Shown here in pieces: positions 48,125-59,864 of a stretch of DNA of 64,000 bases. The stretch comes from Macrostomum lignano. Its lineage: Eukaryota. The DNA is taken from the NCBI GenBank assembly GCA_002269645.1, contig NIVC01000691.1, positions 62,001-126,000 on the forward strand, written 5' to 3'. Under the pieces are notes generated by a model, which was not told the origin of the DNA, did not search any database, and saw nothing but the letters and a program-made list of their open reading frames with translations. How positions within the stretch are numbered: position 1 is the first letter of the stretch; every line of letters begins with the position of its first letter. The position numbers were made by a program, and so were the translations under genes.

Positions 48125-48799
48125 AACAACATCAATTCCAAAAATAATGTAGGAATTTAGTGCTGTAAAATTTTTGGCCCATAGAACCCACAGCAACGCC
48201 TACCGTTTTATACTTTTCTAATCATCTTTAAACTTTTATCTGATTTTCTGCTTCATAGACCCCCTTTTTCGGCCATAGACTATATAAAGAATAAAGAGTT
48301 TCAATTCCAGATAACCAGACCAAGGGCTCCTTGGTCATTGGGGTTGACAGTATTTTTTTACTTTGCTGCCCAGGACAACGGGTCTGCAGGAGGCTCAAGC
48401 GTGCGCAAAGGCTCTCTGCGAGATGGATGCTTGGTTGCGCAGACAATTGCGCAGTTAAATGGCTCCAGAGACTCATGCATGTAGCTGCAGTTCAGCTGTG
48501 CAATATAAGCCCCCATTGATTCACATGGTCTGCTCTGGTCACATGGGCCTGCTTAACTTTCAATTTGTATTATTTACTTAGCAGCGCGACACCATGGCAC
48601 TGCCCCCGGGGCTGTGTCGGCAGCAGCGGCGGCAGCAATACATCTTCTAGGCCAATGACGGAATAACAGAGTCGGCCCAAATTATGGATGAATTTTGGTC
48701 AGGCGGTTTGGTGAGAAAATAGAAACTCTCCGCTGCCACTTTTGTGCAGCGATGGGACCGCGCTGTGCTGCTGTGTAGATGTATACAGTAGCTAAACAG

Positions 48800-49500
48800 C
48801 TGCTGAGGGTGTGAAGGAGGTTGAAGAGAGTCTGGAGAGGGTGAGGAGAGGGTAAGGAGGGGGTGTGGAGAGTGTGGAGAGGGTGTGGAGAAGGTAAGAA
48901 GAGGATGTAGAAAGGGTGTGGAGAGGATGTGGAGAGGGTAAGGAGAGGGTGTGGAGAGGGTGTGGAGAGGGTGTGGAGAGGGTGTGGAGAGGGTGTGGAG
49001 AGGGTGTGGAGAGGGTGTGGAGAGGGTGTGGAGAGGGTATAAGGAGAGGATGTGGAGAGGGTATGGAGAGGGTGTGGAGAGGGTGTGGAGAGGTATGGAC
49101 AGGGTGTGGAGAGGGTGTGGAGAGGGTGTGGAAAGCGTACAAAGAGAATGAAGAGAGGGTGTGGAGAGGGTATAGAGAGGGTGTGGAGAGGGTATGGAGA
49201 GGGTGTGGAGAGGGTATGGAGAGGGTGTGGAGAGGGTGTGGAGAGGGTATAAGGAGAGGGTGTGGAGAGGGTGTGGAAAGCGTAAAATGAGAATGAAGAG
49301 AGGGTATGGAGAGGGTATGGAGAGGGTGAGGAGAGGGTGTGGAGAGGGTATGGAGAGGGTGAGGAGAAGGTGTGGGAGAGTAAGAAGAAGAGGGTAAAGA
49401 GAGGGATGAGAAGTTGAAAAGAGATGTGATGAAGAGAGGCTGAGAAGTGGTTGAGGCGAGGGTAAACAGGGTCAGGAGAGGGTGAACAGAGGGTGGATTG
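48800..49500. repeat. 11-bp purine-rich minisatellite (GGAGAGGGTGT)n
   Basis: Degenerate tandem array. Confidence 0.88.
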
Positions 49501-50579
49501 GAGGGTCCGGAAATGATGAAGAGACGATGAAGACAGAATCCCGATGCTGTAAAAAACATTGGACGCGCGCGTGCTAGCTGCGTACTGTAAGTGCTTTCTG
49601 ACCCGAAGATATCTCGGCATTATTAATCACGCAGTCTGGTCCGAAACTGTAACTCAATCCAAGACCCACGCATACCAGATGGAAGCCATGCAGCCCGACA
49701 TTGTAGCGGCTTGCCTTCTTTCGTCAAGAAAAGAAACTAAAGCTAAAAAGAAGCCGAATTTCCTGCTTGTGGACAATATTTTTGGTGAGGGAAGAAGCCG
49801 CCGGTAGCTGATGTAGCGGAGGTTCTCCAGCTCTCTGTGGTTCTCCCAGCTTTATTCTCACGCCTGCTTGGCTGCCACGGTCTCACGGACGGAAATCCGA
49901 GAGACCAGGAGACCAGGAGTTGTTTATTCTGCAGTAACAAATTACTGATTATGGTTCTTTATATTTTTAATGTTCAAATAATGCTACTGATTTCAGTAGT
50001 AGCTTTCAAGGTGAAGCTATTCGCAAGTGTCTGCTTATATGGATGAGCGTACCTGTACGTGAAGATTCGGGTAAAGATTGGAAATTCTAACCTAGGAGGG
50101 AAGGTGGGTCAGGGAAGGCAGGTGGGTCAAGGAAAGGGAGTTGGGTCAAGGAAGGCTGATGGATCAAGGAAGGCTAGTGGGTCAAGAGAAGAGATAAGTG
50201 AGAATTCAATCTAGACTACTTAGAAAAGTAGATGAATAAATATTTGAATCGTAAAATCTGCCTTGTAAAATCTTGAAAACTGCAAGTGACTGCGTATTTT
50301 TAGGCAATTAAAAAGGCTGTGTTTTTGGTATGCATACATCTTTGCTTTAGGCTAGCTCAGGACGTGTAACAAAAAGTGTTCAAGATTTGTTAAAATATGG
50401 AAATGGTAGCAACTCCTTTGCACAATTGGCTACAAATCCTTAGCAAACAAAAGCGTGCAAAGTTGGCAACTAAGTTCAAACTCAAGTAATTTAGAACACT
50501 TTTGAGATTTTTCTTTACTTAGAGACAGCAAAGCTGATGGCTACTTTGAGTGGCAAGGATTTCTGAGCTGGCGATCATG

Positions 50580-51585
50580 ATTGTGAGTTCATGAGTGAGT
50601 TCATGAGTGAGTTCATGAGTGAGTTAATGAGTGAGTTCATGGGTGAGTTCATGAGTGAGTTCATGAGTGAGTTCATAGGTTTTTGAGTGAGTTCATGAGT
50701 GAGTTCATGAGTGAGTTCATGACTTTATGAGTGAGTTCACGAGTGATTTCATAGATTTTTGAGTGAGTTCATAGGTTTTTGAGTGAGTTCATGACTTTTT
50801 GAGTGAGTTCATGAGTGAGTTCATGAGTGTGTTCATGACTTTATGAGTGAGTTCATAGGTTTTTGAGTGAGTTCATAGGTTTTTGAGTGAGTTTATAGGT
50901 TTTTGAGTGAGTTCATAGGTTTTTGAGTGAGTTCATGAGTGAGTTCATGAGTGTGTTCATGACTTTATGAGTGAGTTCATAGGTTTATGAGTGAGTTCAT
51001 GAGTGAGTTCAAGAGTGAGTTCATGAGTGAGTTCATGAGTGAGTTCATGAGTGAGTTCAAGAGTGAGTTCATGAGTGAGTTCATGAGTGAGTTCATGAGT
51101 GAGTTCATGAGTGAGTTCATGAGTGAGTTCATAGGTTTTTGAGTGAGTTCATGAGTGAGTTCATGAGTGAGTTCATGACTTTATTAGTGAGTTCACGAGT
51201 GATTTCATAGATTTTTGAGTGAGTTCATAGGTTTTTGAGTGAGTTCATGACTTTTTGAGTGAGTTCATGAGTGAGTTCATGAGTGTGTTCATGACTTTAT
51301 GAGTGAGTTCATAGGTTTTTGAGTGAGTTCATAGGTTTTTGAGTGAGTTTATAGGTTTTTGAGTGAGTTCATAGGTTTTTGAGTGAGTTCATGAGTGAGT
51401 TCATGAGTGTGTTCATGACTTTATGAGTGAGTTCATAGGTTTATGAGTGAGTTCATGAGTGAGTTCAAGAGTGAGTTCATGACTTTATGACTGAGTTCAT
51501 GAGTGAGTTCATGAGTGAGTTCATGAGTGAGTTCATGAGTGAGTTCATGAATGAGTTCATGCGTGAGTTCATGAGTGAGTTCATT
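50580..51585. repeat. 12-bp minisatellite (GAGTGAGTTCAT)n with a 456-bp higher-order duplication
   Basis: The variant block gagtgatttcatagattttt occurs at 50741 and 51197, with the same sequence of variants around it. Confidence 0.9.
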
Positions 51586-51654
51586 TGTACTGGTAGGCAT
51601 TTAATTTTTAATTAGAAGCGTATAATTGTTTTAATTGAAAAAAAGTATATTTAT

Positions 51655-51748
51655 GATGTTTTCTGGGTAATTGCTCTGGGTAATTGCTCTGGGTAATTGC
51701 TCTGGGTAATTACTCTGGGTAATTGCTCTGGGTAATTGCTCTGGGTAA
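51655..51748. repeat. 13-bp tandem (GGGTAATTGCTCT)x7
   Basis: Direct reading. Confidence 0.9.
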
Positions 51749-52704
51749 GTGCTTCGAACTGAGCGCAAACGGGATAGCAGTGACTCCAAAATGATAGATA
51801 GGCAAGCAATATATTGTAAAGCTAAGAAGCTAGGAAAATAACCGATTACTGAGAACATCAAACTCGCACAATAACTAAAAAGGAGTCAGAGAAAAAAGTG
51901 TTTAAACAGAACCAACAAAAAGTGCAGACTATGTTGAACAAAGCTTGAATCAGAGGATAAATATTGTTCGTAAAACAGTAAGTTGGCTAACATTAATGAA
52001 TAAATTCCGAATAATTAAATTAACCATTTTTCCTTGTGGTTGCAAAATTCTGAACCTTGTCTGGCGCGCTCCCACGCGTGCAGCCCCGAGCAATCAAAGC
52101 CTTTGAAACGTGAGACCCTGCCAGTTGTTTGTCAATTCCCATCAAGGATGCAGGGCGGATCCAGCATGCAAAAAACGCAGACTTTTAGTCGGCACGCGAA
52201 TGCATTTAGTCGGGGATTTCACGCATGGTAGAAGGACGCCAGACTGGAGTTTCTTAGAAATTAGATATTTGTCGAGAGAGCTGAATGGGGTTTTACCATA
52301 GACAACAAAACCGGAGGAGAAAACCTATTCATCAAGAGCATACCGAGCGTATGGTAGCGGCATTCGTTCAGTCTCGAGAAGAGGGATGAAATTTAAGCTT
52401 AAAACTAAAAAAATTAAAAATTTTACATCAAATTTGATTACTCTGGCCGCAGATCTTTCTCGCTTCTAAATTTCTCTATAGGAAATGTTTTTCCATGCTT
52501 CGACACCATGCATATTACGCATCAGCTAAATATAGATTTTTTGCTATGGAATGGACCGCAATTTGCTGAGTTCTCACATGAGGTGCGAGTTTTGATTCGA
52601 ATTTTGGTCAAATAGTGACCGCTGACCCCCTATCCTCATTTCTTCCTTGCTTTCTTTTTTCCCTATTGCTGTGCAGCTGGGTGTGCTCAATACACACTTG
52701 TTTC

Positions 52705-53013
52705 TCATGCCACCAACGGCTGCACCGATCCTGTGCCAGATTTGCACAAGAAAAGCTTCTTCAAGCATCTGCGAAAGTTGGCATTGAACGAACAATAAAA
52801 CAGAAAGCTGGTGCCATTGGCGCTGAAGTGAAACATCAACAGATAGTCGGCAAGCAGGTTGTTTACTTCTGGGTTCAGGCCGAGATTACCGTTGAAAACC
52901 CAGCTCAGAGCATAGAAGCCAATGCTGGGCAGGTTCGAGCACAGGTAGAATGCCGACAGGATTAACACCATCTGACTGCCTGAGCGGCTTTGGGATTCGG
53001 ACTCTTCGTAAGC
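52705..53013 (-). CDS. Class A (rhodopsin-family, peptide-receptor-like) GPCR exon 3: TM6-TM7
   Basis: Acceptor TTTTCCTTACAG|GCT (phase 0); MVLILSAFYLCSNLPSIGFY...SFLFYCSFNANFRRCLKKLF. Confidence 0.8.
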   Translation of the reverse strand, partial: AYEESESQSRSGSQMVLILSAFYLCSNLPSIGFYALSWVFNGNLGLNPEVNNLLADYLLMFHFSANGTSFLFYCSFNANFRRCLKKLFLCKSGTGSVQPLVA

Positions 53014-53432
53014 CTGTAAGGAAAATACATGCGATAATTAATTGGTCATGTTTCCCGGAAATTTTCTATTCAGGATGACAAAATTCTACAAAAAATTGTC
53101 GACAAGAGTCTTACTATCAGAAGTAAACGTTTCCCTTGGAGTTATCTGTGGTTGTTCTTTTTAACTGTATGTCAGGTTCAACTCTTATAACACGAAAAAG
53201 TCACAATAAAGCAAAAGGCAGATTGTGAGTCTGAGATGAATCGAGGATGGCGATCAGGTGGGAGTCCAGAGTAGCAATTGAGGAGAAATCAGAGACAGCT
53301 GCGAAAGTCAGCAAAGAGGAGGCACCGACTCGGTTGCATCATTGTTCTTCTTTCGCAAAAGTTAGCCACTGGCGAAGCTTTTAACTTGCACTTTATTTCT
53401 TAGAAACAGAACACAGTGCAGCACAGACAGCC

Positions 53433-55756
53433 ATGACGGCCCATCAGCCGCCTCCGGTCACATCAGGGCGACCTCTCAGCCCACCTGAGCCGCCGCAGTT
53501 CGAGTCGGTGCTCGAGTCGCTCGAGTCGGGAGACTGCGGCCTCCTCAGTGAGTGGCGGGCAGGACTTTCTCGGCAGGTCCTTGCTGCACGTCGCCAGCTT
53601 TCTAAGAAACGCAGAGGCCGCGCGGCTGCTCGTGGAGGCCTCTGCGAACGTCAACCTGGCCGCAGCTGACGGCTCTACGCCGCTGCACTGTGCCGTCCTC
53701 GGCAGCAGCGAGCGACTGACGCGGCTGCTGGCTGCTGCGAGCCGGAGCGAGTCCAGCCGTCCGGACGGGGACGGACCGACCTGCGCTGCCACCGACAGCC
53801 GTCAGGAGCCGCCACCGGTCTCGGGAGCCGCCGTCCCGCTGCCGACTTCGCTGTTTCTGTGCGTCCTGCACGGCCGGGCTGGCGTTGTGGACGTTCTGAC
53901 GGGCAATGTCGAAATCGTTCGAATATTGCTGAGTGCCGCTGCAGATCCCGACAGGCGGAACCCGAACTGCCCTCGTGGTTCAGCTCCACTGCATGAGGCT
54001 GAACAATTTGGGAACATTGACGTCATGAGCCAGCTGATTAGCGCAGGTGTGAATACCGAAATTACGGATGAAGAAGGCTTCACTCCTGTTCACCGTGCGG
54101 CAGAAAGCAACTTGAGCACTGAGACAGCCGCAGTTCTCACCAAAGCCGGAGCCAATGTTGATTAATCTCCAGAAAGGTTAGATAATCGTTTAAAGTATTT
54201 TTATTTCGCAGTCTGGTCTTATTATAAGGAGGACGTGAAGCGGAATATCGCCGCTGCACACTGCAGTTCGTAAAGGAAGAGCAGAGCTGGTTGCCATGCT
54301 GCTCAGAGCTGGAGCCAGGGTCGACCTGCTGAACAGCAATGGCCGAACTCCCCTGGCATTGGCTGTTTATATGAAAAACTCCGGAGATCGTCCGGAGAGC
54401 TGATTCGAGCTGGAGCTTCAGCCGATATGAGCAGCGATAACAACTAGGATTTGGTCAAGCAGGCAATCGAGCGTCGGTAGCTGTCCATGGCTCGGATGCT
54501 GATTGAGGCTTCTGCAGACATCGATGGAAAAAACAGCTTAGAGTGGTTTATAGTTGCCTAAGCAGCTGGGTTCACAGAGGCGGTGCAACTTCTGATCGAT
54601 GCTGGTGTCAGCTGGGATCAGCCAGGACCGATGGTCTTCACGCTGTCGTTGTTTACTATGATGCTTCCAGGCAATGACTCAGTCAGAGAATTTTTAATTG
54701 CTGCTGGAGCGGAATCGCCACCAGATGCGATTAAGATATTTTTTCTGCATTCTTCTCAGCCCCTATATCGCAGCGCCGACCGTCCGGTCAGCGGAGGAGC
54801 AGCGCCAGGAGCAGCTCGCGGCTGTCCGAAGCCATGCGAGCCGCCGGGTTCAAGCAGGCCAACGCGGCAGTTCAGAGCGGCGCTGCAGGACATCCTGAGA
54901 CACCCGATGGATTACAACGACTTCTTTATGTTCGGTAGCTTCGCAGACGGGTGGGGCAGCAGCCTGGAGACTCTGAACGGGGAGATCAGCTGGGACTCCG
55001 ACATTGACGTCACCTTCATTGAGTCCGATAGACTGTCAGAGCTGCTGCAGCTGATCGGTGAGCTGCCAGACTGCGCCAGATTAGCCAGAGAGAGCCTCAG
55101 GTTGATGGCGCATCTCAAAGTCGGAGCACCGCTGGATGCGGCCGGTGCTGCAGCAGGACTGACGGGCCAGGAGAGCAGCGGCATCGAGTGTCCGGAGAGT
55201 CCTGGCGGAGGCAGCGAGCTGCTGTCGGTAGGCGAGGCGAAGGAGCTCGTGTGGCGGCACCTGGAGGAGACCGACTCCGCCGCAGTGCTTCAGTTTGTGT
55301 TTGAAGAAAGTCTGGATTTTAGATTTCTGCCGTCTCGCGTCAAGAAAATATTCAGGATTATCTTGTGAGACAGTTTTGCACCTGAATATGGCCGGTTGCT
55401 GATTCTCCCAGTAGATTTTAGAAAACTTCTGGCGAGTCTGGCTGCTCAGGATGAGGCAGCTTCAACTTCATACAGGCATTTTTGGCGCAAAGTCATGAAC
55501 TCGTACGCAATTCGAATCTGAATAATATTTTAACAAATTTATTTTGCAAATTCAATTTAGCCTTGTAAAGTTCCAGTAGTTGTTAATCCTTGAAATTGTC
55601 AGTAAAGTGTGAATTTCACTGTTGTACTTTTGCGACCTAAACCTAACCACGGAGCTGCTGCCCATGGCGCTGGATGCAGTTGAGAGGCTGAGATCCGAAG
55701 ATGAAGCTGGCGTGGTGCAGCAGCTGCTCGGGCCGCAAGAGGATGCTGAGGGCTGA
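53433..55756 (+). pseudogene. Decayed ankyrin-repeat + nucleotidyltransferase (Mab21/cGLR-like) gene nested antisense in GPCR intron 2
   Basis: Multiple ankyrin repeats (GSTPLHCA, GSAPLHEA, GFTPVHRA, GRTPLALA); frameshifts near 53565 and 54385; in-frame stops at 54445, 54478 and 54559; FMFGSFADGWG...DSDIDV NTase motif at ~54925-55011. Confidence 0.7.
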
Positions 55757-56009
55757 CTGCTCCATGGATTTGGATCCCTGCTGACTGACATTTCAATTTG
55801 CATGATTTTTCCCGGATGGGAAGTCTGAGCATAAAGAGGCTGGACCCGTGCCTCTCACAAACTCTTTTGATCAAAATTTTTATATTTGAAACACAAAAGC
55901 GCCGTCTGACAGCAGACATTTTTCCTTTTGATCATCTTTCAGTGTATACTTTTACATTACATTTTATTCATGAATATACCCTCGTAACTGTCTTTTTCTG
56001 TATTTTCGC

Positions 56010-56244
56010 GGGGCGTCGCCACAGATTCTATTGTGGGGGAAAGGGGACAACCCTCCCCCCCCCCTACATGACTAAATTCCTGCATCATTCTGAGAATCGG
56101 TGTTTCTAGCACTCTTTTTGGCAACGTGAAGCAAAATTATTGATTCCCACAACTGGGCACAAAGACTTTGCATCCACCCCATAGCTTTTACGGGGGGGGG
56201 GAGGGCATGACCCCCTTGTGCCTCACCCCTGGTAGCGACGCCCC
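56010..56244. mobile_element. Small MITE-like element
   Basis: GGGGCGTCGCCAC at 56010 and GTAGCGACGCCCC ending at 56244 (inverted), with C-run and G-run subterminal blocks; TSD not clear. Confidence 0.4.
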
Positions 56245-56647
56245 TCATATTCTCTAGATTCTCTCTATGACTATCAATAATTTTGAGACTATAATTTTAA
56301 TATCTGAACAAACGAGTTATGTAATTCAATTATAACAACTTAAAAATCATAATTTTGTCCAATTAATAATTATTAATTCTCTTGATTATGAGATGATCTG
56401 TTCCTATCAAGTAAGCTCACCAGAATTCTAGATTTGAGATCAAGGACACTGGGTGCTCACTCGAACGAAACAAGAAATCATTGAGTCAGAAGTCTGAGTC
56501 ACACTCTTGCAATTGCACCACCAACTTTACTACAGTCTTTTGGCATGCGTGTGCATTTTTGTTAGGGTCCGGGAGGCACCAGCCTTGGTGGCCATGGACT
56601 CTTAATTGCCCTTGAATCTGCTTTCAAAGCATTTTTAAAGCATTCAG

Positions 56648-57005
56648 AGACAGGTGGCTCCGTGCACCCTGGCGCACTTTAAGCGACATTGTCGCAACCC
56701 ACGAGAGGCATTGCTGCCCATTACGCCGACTCCCCTGAGCAGGCACACAAGCGCGCAGATACGTACGCAGTCATACGCACAGGCACACACCCACACAGGA
56801 GTGCACAGCGGCCCTAACTTTATTTATCGTTAGGCATGTACACTTCACTGTGCCTTGGAGGTTGGCATTCAAGCTGGGCGTTAATTGCACGATCAGAGCC
56901 AAGCCGAGATTCCAATTTCGCCCCAAAAGCCCCAAATTAATGTGACTGCACTTGGAATCGAGTCTGGGCCGCTGGCCGCGCCAGACGACTGGACTACGCC
57001 CCCAA
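56648..57005 (-). mobile_element. SINE family B, copy 3
   Basis: Homologous to 25025-25390. Confidence 0.72.
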
Positions 57006-57244
57006 CCCACTAAATCGAACATACTGTTTAGGCTTTACCTTGATTAAACTTGATCAAACTAGATATTGCATGATCAATTTCATAACTACCAGAACGAATT
57101 GCCTGGCAAAACTAATTATATTAATTAAAGCTAACTGTTGGTTCCGAGACAGGGTCATCGGAGCACGCGATGTTAAAAATAGAATCATTCAAGCAAACTT
57201 ATTTCGTTGAAAATGTGAGTTTCTGGCATGTGAGTGATTGCAAA

Positions 57245-57740
57245 AGTTTATGAGTTCATGTGTGACTTCATGAGTTTATGAGTGAGTTCATGAGTTTATG
57301 AGTGAGTTTTTGAGGTCATTGAAGAGTCCATGAGGCCATTGGAGAGTTCACGAGTTAGTTCATGAGGTCATTGGAGAGTCCATGAGGCCATTGGAGAGTT
57401 CACGAGTTAGTTCATGAGGTCATTGGAGAGTTCACGAGTTAGTTCATGAGGTCATTGGAGAGTCCATGAGGTCATTGGAGAGTTCACGAGTTAGTTCATG
57501 AGGTCATTGGAGAGTCCATGGGATCATTGGAGAGTCCATGAGATCATTGGAGGTCCATGAGATCATTGGAGAGTCCATGAGGTCATTGGAGAGTCCATGA
57601 GATCATTGGAGAGTCCATGAGGTCATTGGAAAGTTCACGAGTTAGTTCATGAGATCATTGGAGAGTCCATGAGGTCATTGGAGAGTCCATGAGGTCATTG
57701 GAGAGTCCATGAGGTCATTGGAGAGTTCACGAGTGACTTT
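57245..57740. repeat. ~20-bp minisatellite (GAGGTCATTGGAGAGTCCAT)n related to the 12-bp array
   Basis: Starts with gagttcatg/gagtttatg units like 50580-51585, then switches to 20-mers. Confidence 0.85.
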
Positions 57741-57811
57741 ATAAGTTGAAAGGTGGGTTAGTGAGTTACTAAAAGAGGGGTCTGTACATGAGTCGGAGAA
57801 CAAATGCTCAC

Positions 57812-58193
57812 CGCGGCGGAGGCCCCAACTCCGAACTGTAGCCGGCGCCGCGCTGCCGCCCGGTACATAAGCGCCGCCAGGCAGATGTTGCAGCCGGCCA
57901 GCAGGAAGCAGGGCACGGCGCTGTACAGCACGAACTCAGCGGCCACGAATGCCTGAACAACCAACGGGTTGGAGAAGTCGCACACCTTCGGTTCATTCTG
58001 AGACTGTCCGGACTCCAAACCGGTGGAGTTGGTTAAGTTCACCGAATTGGAATTGGCCGGTGACGCTGGCGACGGCGACTCCAGGCTGAGGTAGTGCAGC
58101 AGCGGCCAGTTCCTTGCCACTGAGGCTGCCGTCAGCAGGGCGATGAGGACCGGCACGAAGCTGGGAGAGGTGTGCGGCTTGCGCCAGGTGGGT
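57812..58193 (-). CDS. GPCR exon 2: TM4-ECL2-TM5
   Basis: Acceptor TTATTGCAG|A (phase 2), donor GCG|GTGAGC (phase 0); VPVLIALLTAASVARNWP...FVLYSAVPCFLLAGCNICLAALMY. Confidence 0.8.
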
Positions 58194-59864
58194 CTGCAAT
58201 AAGGGCCATGGGGAGCGGTTTGAGGAATGTAGTGTGAGCATCTTTGCGTGTATTTTGTTGTAAATTGACTGCATTAGTTTCTATATTGTTATTGAATTGT
58301 TATTTTGCTTTAGTTTAGTCATACGTTTTTGGTGTACTTTTTCCTTGTTAGTTAGAATCAATTTTGTAAACAGGTTAGAGTTAGACGCCAAATTTGTGAC
58401 TCAGCGGAGGGTTGAGTTTGTCTGCGAACCCCAGCTTGCGCGGTCAGCCAATCAGAACCGGCCTGGACCCTGGCACGCGGCAAGTTTCAATTCTACCCGG
58501 CGCGCGGGCACAGTGCAAATCGGCTTATCGAGCGGCCGGCCAGACGACCACCACCCGGCTTGAGGGGGGTTTTGGGGGTTGTGACTCTGACTATATATGA
58601 AAGTGTGTTTTGGCAATCGGATCTCGCCTCTCTCCTTCTCGCCTCTCTTTCCCCGGTTTTGTTTGTCCAGCTTCCCGGCCGGTGGCCTGTTTCCCTTGAT
58701 TCGCGCTTTGAGGCGTTTTGATTTCATCACCCCGGTCCATATCTTTGTCCCCGCCCAACCGCAGTAGTCTTGTGACGTAACGTCTACGGCAAATTCCTGT
58801 CTGAAGTCGTCGCTATCAAGCGCGGTTAGATAGAGACTGTCGGATCTGATCAAGTACGCGGCCTCGATACGAGGGCCTCAGTGTTACACTGAAGGGCAGT
58901 GCCGATAGAATTTAGTCGGTACTCCGTTGAACGGTCGATTCGGCAGGGCTCTCGTTGAGAGTAGGTTCTGGTTTAGGCCAGGGTTAGGAGTCTTTCTCCA
59001 TGGTCCTGTGTTCGGTGCCTCCTTCTTCTTCTTCTTCAGCTGAGATCCGCTTGTCAGTGCGTATATAGTCATTATTTATTAATCGTTATTATTCGTTATC
59101 ATCAGTCTAATTATCTGCGCCGCAAATTTGTTTGAATCTTGTAACTCAGCTAATCAAATTAAACCGTCAATCAAGTTAGCTATTCTTGAAATAGGATTAT
59201 CACTCTCTAATCTTTCGGTTTGTGTTCCCTCGTGTTCTTTATTTTCTTGTACTGTACCTGCGGCTATTGGAGAAGACTGGTAGAACTCGCCGACCGGCGA
59301 TAGGCGATTAGGATTAATAGCTTTAAAATCTCTGACGCTCCAAGTAGGTTTGTCTAGGGCCTAACTAATTGCTCACCGTGCATGCTATTATCTAATTGCC
59401 TATTTCATCACAGGAAGGTGCGTTACGAGCGTATGTGCTCAGTCATTTTTAGACTTCGATTTGGTCATGACTAGCTTACATTTAGGTCATACGACTTTAA
59501 TTCGGTCATAACTGGTTTAGGTCATCTGATTTTGATAGATTTTGATTTTTATTTTAAATAGTTTAGGTCAGTAGTAATATACCATACAAAATTGCCAGCA
59601 AACCATTCTCATAAACCAAATGATTTTAACCCTTTATCAGTGTGAAATGGCTCATTTGACTCAAAGTCATTCGACTTTCGCTCCGCTCATCCTCGCTTCA
59701 TTTCGGTCAATCAACTCATTTCACACTTACAACGGTTAATTCTCTTTGAATTCTGAGAATACGCTCTGCTCTCGTCGTTCGCTTTGGTTTGCTGGCAATT
59801 TTGGCTGTTTAAATTGGCCTGGTTTAAATATCAGGCATTTTATAGAATAAAATTTATATAATAT

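Noticed and set aside
54445-54561. Stop-codon reassignment or readthrough to explain in-frame TAG/TAA in the ankyrin gene
   Set aside because: Neighbouring genes end normally at TAA/TGA and the locus also has frameshifts, so pseudogenisation is simpler.
58878-58892. CAGTGTTAC resembling a CRESS-virus nonanucleotide origin
   Set aside because: It lies in the stem of a palindrome rather than at a loop apex, and no HUH Rep motifs are recognisable nearby.
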